A stretch of DNA of 64,000 nt, taken from assembly GCA_001600815.1 (NCBI GenBank), contig BCKZ01000018.1, forward strand, positions 339,974 to 403,973, in the 5' to 3' direction. Source of the DNA: Alloascoidea hylecoeti (Eukaryota). Below, one piece after another: positions 13,092 to 24,537 of the stretch; the first letter of the stretch is position 1, and the number at the start of each line of letters is the position of its first letter. The notes under the pieces were generated by a model. It did no database searches, was not told the DNA's origin, and was given only the letters and a program-made list of their open reading frames with translations. The translations under genes and the position numbers were made by a program.

Positions 13092-15529
13092 TGAAAATTA
13101 TTATTAATATATTATTTAGAATATCTTTTTTAATTTAATGAACCATTCCTGTTTTGTGATATGATTGAAATATATTTCTGTTCGTATGTCATGAAATCCA
13201 CGTAAGATTGAAACTTGTTCCTTTTCGATGACACTACCTGTAGTTGTTGACATAGAAATCCAAATTACACAATAAATTAGAGTTGCGCTCGGGGTACCCC
13301 GAGTCTAAGTCCGAGTTTCGTGTTAATCTGACACCCAGACTTAGAAATCCTCTATACACAATAAACATGACCAAATCTTATTAAACCTCTTTATATATTC
13401 ATTCATAGTACACACTTTTAGTACATTTTCCTGTTTTTATATATATCTATATAATTCTGCCTACTGGAAACTTCCCCATTCATTACCTGGGCTTTAATAG
13501 AAATTTTTTAAAAAAACCTCCATAATCATAAGTACAGTTCAAAGTTTATGATTTACAATTAGAGTGAGTACAGGTAAATTGGTAATATTGTACAAAAAAT
13601 ACAAAAATGAATGTTTAAAGATCACCCCACTTTAGTATCCAGATTCCGGATTGGGTGGTGTGCGTCTGGATATGTGCCAAAATTTGAGTTATTTAGAATA
13701 TTCTTACAATTGGCATTATGGCAAAAAGGAAAAGTTGCAATTCATAACTAAAATGATCAAGCTGAAATACCGCAAGGTATCATCATACAAACACTTTTGT
13801 GTCCCTTTCCGAAAAGTGTACTGTAAACTCACTAATTACAAAAATGAAATATAATAGAGAATAAATTAATGGATTGATAAGAATGAGAATAATAAAAGTG
13901 ATTTCTCGAATAATGCTAATCATGATTCCCAGAATCCCTGGATATTTCTATATCTCAACTTCTACTCTTTTTTTGAGTAAGTATATATTACTATAGGCGT
14001 ATATCTTGTAGTCCATGGCACGTGCCACTATTTCTGTCTGAATTTTTAGTCTCCAAAAGAATATGCATGTAACTGTACATACTACGCCATGAGGAAATAT
14101 CACAGGATACATATGCATGTACAAATTTAGATAAAGTATGTTTTATTGCTATTTGCGGGAGTTCTGGAGGCCTATTTAGTTAAGAAATAGGGACAAATAA
14201 TTTGACAGAGAGATGCAAAAATTAATTTGAAGCGATAAGACTTAGATTTGTCATTTATCTACCTTATGTCATCTTTGATATATAATGAAAGTGATTTTGT
14301 TGATGTGATCACATTTTCCGCGAGGGATGTTGAAACTTTTTCGATTTTCTTCACTCACAATTTATATAAGCGCTACCATTTCTTCTTTGTTGTATAACTA
14401 TTCATAATTTAGCTCTTAGTTCATCATTAGAATTTTTCAGAATCGTTGTATTATTACGCATACCCCAATCATTCAGCTTTTATCCAATACAACAGTATCT
14501 ATGAAATTATAAATAAAAATTAAATATACCAAATACGTACCACTATAAGACTTAGAGTGGTCGAAGGTTCTTTGAACGTGACTTAGCTAGTTATATTATA
14601 TTTAGGTCTCTTGCCATATATATTGGCTAATGCCAGAGATATTTAATTTTACACCAAGTACTTAATTATGAAAGTTTGCCGCCTTATGAATCGCTGTAAA
14701 TATCATCCTGGTAATTTCAATTAATTTCCACAAACTCTCAGTCGATAATTCTAAAATAATATTTAATTAGTTTTCATAGAATTCACCAACTGCTTACCCC
14801 ATAAATCTTTAATTTATACGTTCTAAACTCATCGCGTATATTTCTCACAAACATCTCTGCCAACAGTTGAAAACATATGATTATATCTACCTATAGCCTA
14901 CACTAATAAATAGCATGCATTTACCATTGATCGAAACTTGCAAGTACAATACCAATTTTATCAAATTCATAAATTTCAAATGATATGCATGATTATTTGG
15001 ATATCCTATTGATTGAAATTTGACAGATAATAGCTGTTATACTATTTATACATGTATAGCTATGTAATGAGCTCAAGGATCCGGAATGTAAAAATTACCA
15101 TATTCCAAACTTGATTATAAGTCATAATTATATGCAAAATATGTGTATGACTTTATCACAACTATAAAGTATATTAATTAATCGTAAAATTAATGGTATA
15201 AGAGAAACAAGGTTGACACTTCAATATTCAAAAAAAAAAGTAAAAAAAAAAAACATTAATATAGAAAATAAGTACAAATTAATTTAAATCATTATTGACT
15301 GCATTTTTAAATATTTTCAGAAACATAACAAAGTAAAAAAGGGGGAAGTGAAGAAGTGAATAAATAACATAATTAATTAAAAGTATCTGAACTTTAATCT
15401 CTCACTTATAAATATATATATCAAGACAAAAAACCATGCTTAATGAACCTTAATCCAAGAATAGTAATAGTCTAAGTTATAACAATATTGAAGGTATTTA
15501 AACAATAAAGAAAGTAATATTGATTAATA

Positions 15530-17102
15530 TTAATATAACTTGTTTGCCCTAAGCTTGCTATTAGATATCGATTTTTTCTCATGTAATCGTTTTCGAACCA
15601 TTCTAACCATAAGTTGCTGTTTTTTCTTTATCACCTCAAATTCCTCTATGGAGTATTCACGATCTATATGAACAATATATTTATTCGCTTTCTTAGAAGA
15701 AGTTTCAACTGATCTTAAGTTGCTGCTGCAAGGCTCATTTTTTAGTTTTGCAATATACGAAATTCTACCTTCGGTATAAACTTTCTTATGGAAAATATCT
15801 TGTAAAATTCCAACAACAGAATTTAAAAGTTGTTTATTATCCAATTTATACTGATTTTTAATCGTTTTAATTAAATCCAAAGTATGAGGACAAGTTAATT
15901 TTTCAGGTTCGGCTTTTTTTTGCTTTAAATTCTCATTTAATTGTTGTTCATTTTTTTGTTTCTCACAATCCTCACGAGTATGGTCATTAATTGTTCTAAT
16001 AACCCATACATTATACGGTGCCTTATTGTTCACACCATCATTATAGCTGCCTGGAACTTTCTATTTAATGAATTAGCATGATAAAATCAACAAGATATAT
16101 AGAAAAAGTAGAAAGTCTTACCTTTTTTGCAACAAGAAGAACACTACCACAATTTTGACAACAGTAAGAAAAATTAGCAGATTTGGTTCTGTTTTCGGGG
16201 TTCAGGGCCCTGAACTGAGAACGAATATGATGGTTCGGGGCTGAATTTGTATTTCGCTTTTTTCTTAAATCTCTAAGACCTTTTGCACGAAGCTGACGTA
16301 GAATAATCCCTTGCTTAGCTGTAAAGTATAGCCACATGGCATACTTTGTAGCCTCAACTGTTTCTAAATAATCACCGGGTTTCAACGAGAAATCATCAAG
16401 ATCTTGCCTAAAATAAGTTCTAATATCATCCCTCCTTGTTATATGTCTTCGTTTAATACCAAGCACATATGGGTCAATTTGTTCATTTATTATAGTATTC
16501 TCATCCTCACCCCTATCCTCATAATCATAATCAGCCGAGGGATCAAAGTCTTCCGATGATCGTAGGATTTCATAGGATGTATGCTTGGCTGTAAATATTT
16601 CGTCTGTATCGGTATTATTATGTGTAAAACCAGATACTTCATTTACTGTACGCGTTGTTGATGATGAGGTTTGTTCATTAGAATGTAAACCCGAGTCTGA
16701 TATTACTGATTGATAAAATTCCGGTTGTTGGCAATTATTCAAAAGAATTACATCTGAAGTTCTACTGCTGCTGTATTGCTGCTGATGTAAATTCGACTCC
16801 AAATTTGAAGTAAGGAATGAAAGCCCAGGAGATAACGATCGGACAGAACATGGAGAGTTTGTGTCCGGCGTAGGGTAACAATCATAACAGGATTGCTGGG
16901 GACAATTGGAGTTATCATTAGTTAATACGTCAACATTAATACTCTGAGGAGTAAGATTATCCTCCAGTTGTGAATAGGAAGGGGAGCCCAGCGGGTCTGT
17001 GAAGAGTCCCAGATCATAAAAAGACATATCTATGTTATCAAAATTAGTAGTTCCCATATCGACAAATGCATCTGGATCTTGGAATGAGTAAGAAAAGTTC
17101 AT
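15530..17102 (-). CDS. Putative transcription factor with Mutator/WRKY-GCM1-like Zn DNA-binding domain (paralogue A), 2 exons: 17102-16122, 16060-15530, ~503 aa
   Basis: Intron 16121-16061 (GTAAGA..CTAAT..TAG) fuses two track ORFs into LKPGDYLETVEATKYAMWLYF...CQNC..VAKK|KVPGSYNDGVNNKAPYNVWVIRTINDHTREDC. The N-terminus is acidic. Confidence 0.7.
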
Positions 17103-18968
17103 GATTTTGATTGTAGTCTTCAAGGGTATTGAGGAGAAGGAGAAGAAAAAATGAAATGGTCGTTTACTTCATTATATACCTCACGGTTGAGCTAATGTCT
17201 TTCAATATAATTTATCAGTCTTCAACGTATAATCAAACATATTCTCGATAATGAGCCCGAATAGTCGCTGCGCGCTTCTCTAAATGAACCACCTATATAT
17301 ACATACACCAGAACTGCCGATGTTGTCGACGATCAACACAGTTAAACTGCCTCTTCATAGGTACTATTATGTACTAATGCATGTGCAGTATCTACAAACG
17401 GCCGAATGCATTTTGATAATACGGCGGTTCTACAGCCAGGAAAAAAATGCGGTGAACATGTATGACCGTTGTAGTAATTGAGTTTCGCATATTTGTTGTT
17501 TTAAAGAGATCACGTGTACCTTGGTGCAACTCTTAAATTAACCAAACGTGTAAAAAGAAAATTTCTTTAATTCAACTATAAGAACCAAAGCTAGTAGTAA
17601 GCTGCCGATTAGCGAAAAGATCAAGGATGATGAAGATCTTATGTGGTCAATCCGCATTAAGATGAATATTAAATATATTTGGAAAACAAGTTTATGCATT
17701 TACCTACATATGCAATGCATTTATATTTACCGTAACTAGTAACTACATGTACAATTAGATCTAATTATTGTATAATTATTATGGCTATATGATGCATAAA
17801 ATCTAGATTCTTCATTTAGAAACTTGATCAAAATTTGAAATTACAATTATATACTCACCTTCTCGAGCTCAGATTCCAATCGCAGAATTAATATATGATT
17901 AGCTATAGTTATAATTACAATCCAATTGATATAAATGCATAAGTTATAATTAGGTAATATCTGAAACTTATATATAAGCTTATATATTAAATGATTTTAA
18001 ATAAATAGTATATTAATGCATTTTGGGACGGTTAATTGTGAATCTTAGTCTTAAACGCAAATGACTTGAATGATCACACATTATCAGAAATTCGAGAAAT
18101 CCCCTTGCATAATCGTGCATAAATACGTTTGCAATTGATACAACAAAAGTTTTAAGCGAAGCTAAATACAGTCCAAATAATGTTATAAATCAATTACGAT
18201 AAATTAACCAACTTTTTAGTTGTTACTAGTTATAATGTTATATATTTTTCAATTTTTTTTGACTCAAAAATTGTAACTATAACGTGAGGTTACGATTTCC
18301 ACACTGCAGGCCCAAGTTTATAATTAGTAAAATTAAGTTTAGATTGATATGCAATTATAATATTTAGCTAGTTGTAATAGTACTAGTTGTGAAATGGTCA
18401 GAAAACAGATTTCACAATTGATCATCATAAAATTATAATTATATTAATATTAGCCAACAAAAGGTTATTACTACAACCAAATTATGCAGAGTTTATTATA
18501 CCTGCAGCCAAGCCCAGTCTAAAAGTTGCGCTTTTGCTTTAAGTCAACACTACAAAAACCTATCTTAGAAAGCTTCTAAAAAAACAAGTATGTAAAATAT
18601 TTTTGAAATATAAAAAATCTTCTCTTGATGAGAAAATCCAATGGAATAGAATTGTATGATCTAAAGAAAGATTAGAGTGCTTTTAGGACGTTAGGATGGT
18701 GTTGTATTCAGTGACGAATGTTTGCTCGCTACAGAATCCGGATTCGGAAAAGTATATTTTGAGCATTATTCTCCACGACAGTCAAGGTAAGCCATTTATC
18801 TTCAAAATACTTCTAACATAAGGAATAATTCTGCTTATGTAAGTCTAGATCTTATTGTATAAGGTAGAATGTAGCTGTACTTCACTTACATAACAGTTGA
18901 TCTTAATCCTGGCCTAGAGTGGAAACCTTTTATAACACCACATAATAAGCATAGAATGTCATTTTATA

Positions 18969-21175
18969 CCGTCAGGTCTGTAGATACCGGACGGTAATAG
19001 GATTCCGGACACAACATAATTGATATTTTCAACCACCATTTTCTTAACCAAAAACTAATATAAATTAAATTTAATACTATTACTAAAATCTATTTAATCT
19101 CGTAATTCTGATAATGATTTTTCAATATACAATTTTTGTGTTTTCTGTTGTGAAGTGGGATTTTTTCCTTCGACTTAGAGTATTTAGATTATTAGAGTCA
19201 GCAGCAGTCTTTCAATCGGTACCTATTGGCTGGAAATTTTTTATTTGGGTGTCATTGGATGAGTCGAAGCTCATATGATATATTTGAATTAGTTTTATGG
19301 AACCTACTGTTGTAAGGCGCGAGAAATAGGGTGGTTTGAGGAATTATGACCAGCCATCCCAAAACGTGATAATCAGGAGTATATAAAAGTACTTCGTCTT
19401 TCAATGGCCACCAAACCTCCATCATAAGTTCAAATGGCTCGTACAAGATCTGTGCAGAATGAGAATAAGCGTCAGAATATGTTAGTCAATGTGGCTGTCG
19501 ATTATAAGTGAAAACACATGAATCAGTCGTTCCGGAAGGTTTCTAAAAACTTCTCTGTTCCAAGATCAACTTTAAACGATCGTTTCAATGGTTCATCATC
19601 ACACAAGGATTCCCACATTTCTCAGATGGTTCTAACTCTCCTCGAGGAGCAGGAGCTGCTTGTTCAGAGGCTGTTTTTTTTCTCGAAAAATGGGTGTGCC
19701 GCTAATTTAAAACGGTTTCGTGAGATGGTGGATGATCTGGTATACGAACGCGTTCAAAAACATCCTTCTTTAAAATTACCCACCAAAAACAAGATAACTT
19801 CACATTTCTGTTCGCGTAATTATCATATGCCTTTTATGTCCCAACATACCACCCTGTCATACAAAAAGACGCGTAAATTAGATGCCTATAGGTTCTTGAG
19901 TGAGGATCCAAGTATATCCGCGAATGGTACACACTGCTCCATCAGGCTAGCAAAACAACACCAGAATCTCATATTTGGAACTTGGATAAAACTGGTACCC
20001 AGCTTGGAGTCACTGATGAAGGGGAAATGCGATTTGTGTCCTCTACTTAAAAGAAGTTTGCTCAAACTAAATTCCCGAGAGGTGGGCTCATCTCGTCTGT
20101 CGAATGCGTGTGTGCTCCACTCATTATATTTAAAAAAAGAAGGATGATGATGTCTCACCTGCTTGGGTACCTGATAATGAAGATAGGACATTAAAGAATT
20201 GGGTATTTACATGTTCCGGTTCTGGTTATATAAATAGAGATCTGATGTTAAGATGGTTAAACGAATTATTTTTACCCCATATTGCGTACGAAAAAGGACA
20301 CATTATTTTATTAGACGGGCATTCTAGTCTATCTCATTTAGACTAGTTATGGAATGTACTAAATATGATATTTGACTCTTTATTGCCTGCACACACCAGC
20401 CAATCGACGCAGGTATTAGACGTCTCTTGTTTTGGTCCTCTTAAAAAGAGGTTGAAAAACATCTATGACGAAATCCTAGTAGATAAACCCAAAAATCATA
20501 GAGCACAAAAAGGAGAATTCATTGAAATATATAAGAAGGTCAGATCTGATCCAATAACAGCTAGAAATATTTGTTCTGGTTATAAGGCAACTGGAATATA
20601 CCCATTTGAGCCAGAGAAGATTTTATCGAAACTTGGAGAAGTTTGGGTTGCAGAACGAGAGAAATTTTATTTTATATGAAGATTTTGAGGGAGAATTAAA
20701 ATCCGAAACGTTTGCGAATGAAGCTCATGAAACGATATTGGAGAGGCTGAAAATATATGATGTATCGGAGGATGAATTTCGTATTTGGAAGAATTGGCTT
20801 GGGGGTGCAAACAGGCTTTATTATCAAATACATCCACCAATATTCTTGAAGATCCCTTAAAACTATCCGGAGTGGACTGAAGACTTCTAAGAGGGTGAAA
20901 GCACTCATAACACATAATTCCCCTAAGATAACGAAGAGAAATGCTTGTCGTGAGATTGGTGCTGCTGAGCTCAATACACTCCATAACAGAAAACACAATA
21001 AGATAAGTGTATATTGAAAAATCATTATCAGAATTACGAGATTAAATAGATTTTAGTAATAGTATTAAATTTAATTTAATTTATATTAGTTTTTGGTTAA
21101 GAAAATGGTGGTTGAAAATATCAATTATGTTGTGTCCGGAATCCTAGTACCGTCCGGTATCTACAAACCTGACGG
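18969..21175 (+). mobile_element. pogo/Fot1-type (Tc1/mariner superfamily) DNA transposon, ~2.2 kb, non-autonomous
   Basis: TIRs at 18969-19131 and 21008-21175 are near-identical (about 2 mismatches plus a 5-bp indel), and both ends are flanked by TA. Confidence 0.93.
19518..20860 (+). pseudogene. Frameshifted pogo/DDE_1 transposase
   Basis: psq-type HTH SFRKVSKNFSVPRSTLNDR and CENP-B HTH start LTLLEEQELL. DDE_1 motifs IWNLDKTG, ILLDGHSS and LPAHTSQSTQVLDVSCFGPLKK are interrupted by frameshifts and stops. Confidence 0.9.
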
Positions 21176-23315
21176 TATAGACTAGTAGAAACTCTATAAT
21201 ATAAGGAACATTATTCACTACTTTAAAAATAGATTAAGGATTTGTAGAGTACTCAGTAGTTAGTTATAATGCTACAACCTTTTATTAAAAGTGACGACCT
21301 GAAGCAAAAGCGCTATTTTAGACTGAACCCGGCTGCATATTAAGATTGATTGTATTTTAAAGCTTTGCGAGAATCAGGGTAAGCTTTGTTAAGTTATTTA
21401 AATACTTAATTAGTTTTCTAACAAAACGACAGTTGGTTCAGCTGTAAGTGTTGTCTAATTGGGTCGAATGTCCTGATCCGCACGGAGCCTCTGTCTGAAA
21501 CTTGACGAGTCATTCTAAGCCCATACTTATTTATATTAGATTTGGTTTACATAATCTGATGAAAGTAAAAATAATTATGTATCATAATCAGTCATACTGC
21601 TAATTAATTTACTTACATACTACCTTCTAAAAGCGCAAGCTTTAGCTATAACTCTATATCGTTAGCTGTTATTTATGATATAATCATCTCACCAATCGGT
21701 CGTTAATTTGTTAATAATACAATGGTATGTTAACACAGTGCTACCAATCAGTAAACTGGAATCACCATAGAGTTTCCTGTGATTAGGTTTATTATGGTGG
21801 TAATTAGTAAGTTATATATAATACTTTTACATGTTAATGTTAACGTTTTAGTTCGTTTGATCTATAATTCAGCATACATAAGGCTTTATAGTTGGCAAAT
21901 ACGGATCAAACTGAATGAAGCTTAAGAATGCTCATTACGATAGCTCATTCATTTGGTGAAAAACAATTTGTCTTTTATTTGAACTATATGCCGAGATTTG
22001 CGGCAATTGTGTACTATTGTGGCGCTTGAAGTCCATGTTCCGTAGTCTATAGCTAGCCTTTCACTTACGAAGTGATTATTTAATCAGCTCTTAATGTGAG
22101 TTTCTCGAATCAAATTATAGCTGAGTAGGATTTGGATATCTGTTTCAATGCTTGTCTCTGCCCATATTCACTATATTATTAATTGATAAATAGCACATAC
22201 ATTATTGTAATACTCTACTGCTCGTTATATGCAATTATATTGACAAGCTTAAGTGAATTCATATTTTCATCTATTACTATTAGCAATAATTTAGTATATT
22301 ATATCGAAACTCCCATGCCCCATTGAGAAGAGAAAGCGGTATACACGTATATATCTTAAAAGTCTTAGTAATGTTCTATAGCTATATTACTATATTACTA
22401 TATTATATATAACCCATAGATCTAGACATATTAGATAGGCAAAGTCCTTGGAGTCCGCCCAATTGGAGAAATCAAGGACCGAGAGGGTATCATTACACTC
22501 CGAAACTGAGTGTATATTGCGATTGATTTTTCTGAAACCTAAACGTTGCGATTTGCTCATTTCGTTAGTTTCTGGTCATATCTTTGCAGATATGACGCAG
22601 GTCCAGACAAAATCTCAACTCGGATACAATGCATGCTAAAAATAGTATCCATATCGATATGTTCACTAGCTATGTGCATACTCCGTTGTACCAAATGTCT
22701 CAAAACTTTTAAATGTCAATTAGAGTCTCTTTAGAGAGTAGATTTTTTACTAAAGTTATTTACTCTAAATTTTGCCTTTTATGTTAATTATACGTGTATG
22801 TATATTTTACATAAGAATTTCCAGATCTAGATAAGTTGAGATTGGAGAACGGGAAATATAAAAAAACACTACTCGTTATTGTAATTGTAATTAGAACCAT
22901 AGAATCAGAATATTGGTAATTAAAATTACTCATAAAAAATAAAAATATGAGTATTTTTTATTAATCAATAGTCATCACATAACTATTTGGGGAATAGGAA
23001 CGTTAAGGGGAACTGGCTTAAGTTTGCAGTCGCAATTAACTACAATCCATATCATCGCTATAATAACAACCCAAAATATTTACATATCTAGATACTCCCT
23101 TAGAACAGACAAATAATAATTATAAATTATACTCTTATTCTGTTAACCGTATCGTACATATACTCTATAAAGAAACATTAAAAAGTTTTATAGCAGGAAA
23201 TACCCATATTTTACAAATTATGCATACATCTGCGAGTTCAGAAACAGATTTAAATAAAAAATATATGCATAGCCTCTTTATATCTATAATTATAGACTGA
23301 TTATGATTTAGTCAA

Positions 23316-24537
23316 TCAACTGATAGATATAAGATCTGAACGTAGTTTTGGCTTATAAGTTCCGCGTCCAACGACATAAACCCGTCGTTTCACCATTCTT
23401 GCCATCAATTCTTGTCTTCTCTTAATATAAGAAACTTCGCTTTTGGTTGGATTTTGACTTACTTGAATCGATAATTTCTCATTATTGTTATTTATCTTTG
23501 AAAGTGTGCCAGTGTTTTCATCATACACCTTACCAAAATAAATATCCTGTAGGATAAATACCGCTTCTCTTCGTAGGTCCTCTGACCTGGAAGTCACTCT
23601 ATCATTAATTGTTCGAATTAGATCTAAAGTATGTGGGCAGTTAAGTTTTACCTCATTAACAGAGGTGGGTGATGGTGAAGAGCTGAAATTTGAGTCAATG
23701 CTAGTAGGTCGTATTGATCTTGCCATTTCTCTACATTCTTCAAATGGATGCATTGAAATTGTTCTGATGACCCACATATTAGTAGGAGCATTGTTATTCA
23801 CTCCATCGTTGTAGCTGCGACTTAGTTTCTGTATTATGTAAGAATATTAGAAAATTAGATATTATCATTAAAACCAAATAAAATAGTAAAAAATATATAA
23901 TTACCTTTTTAGCAACAAATATAACCTTTTTACAGTTCTTACAACTATATGAGAAACTGGCGGACTGTGCTGGATCTCCAGAAGATTGTTCGGATGGTGA
24001 AATTTCTCTCTCTTCTTCATTTAAAACTCTAATCCCTCTAGATCTCATTTGCCTAAGGAAGACACCTTGTTTAGCCGTGAAATACAACCACATTGCATAT
24101 TTAACATTTTTAACAGTACTAAAATAATCACCGGGGCTCAGCTCAAATGATCGAAGACAGTACCGGAACCAGCATCGAGTTGGGATAACTGCATCTATAT
24201 TTGCTGAGAGTAGTTCAGATAGCTTATAGGGATCGACAAACTTATTTTTTACCTGTTCTTGTTCACGACCAGAAACAGAAGAACTGTATCCTCTTCTATG
24301 ATGTGACTTGGGATGACGTTGTGGCACAAACAGGGGCTGAGCAGGTAGGTGCAAGGGCAATGGAGTTAAGGAATTGTGAGTATCACACATTAAATCAGGT
24401 AAATTTAAAGTGGCGATCGGGGGAAGTGTTACTACTGGAGAAGGTTGTAATTGCTCATGATTATTCGTAAAGTTCATTATACCAAGAACTGGAGTTAATT
24501 TGGTTTGACTATTATGACCAGGATCGGGAAGCTTCAT
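23316..24537 (-). CDS. Putative transcription factor with Mutator/WRKY-GCM1-like Zn DNA-binding domain (paralogue B), 2 exons: 24537-23905, 23828-23316, ~381 aa
   Basis: Intron 23904-23829 (GTAATT..CTAAT..CAG) sits at the same codon as in paralogue A. Spliced domain: LSPGDYFSTVKNVKYAMWLYFTAKQG...CKNC..VAKK|KLSRSYNDGVNNNAPTNMWVIRTISMHPFEEC. Confidence 0.7.

Noticed and set aside
13635..13680. tatccaga...gggtggtgtgcg...tctggata, a hairpin with a telomere/Rap1-like core
   Set aside because: It is a single copy with no tandem array, too short to call.
14550..14600. agagtggtcgaagg resembling a tRNA D-loop/A-box
   Set aside because: There is no T-loop/B-box or acceptor stem downstream. No tRNA or rRNA gene was recognised in the window.
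22440..22740. Slightly GC-richer patch with short ORFs
   Set aside because: No recognisable motif in the frames I translated; it may be a relic but cannot be classified.
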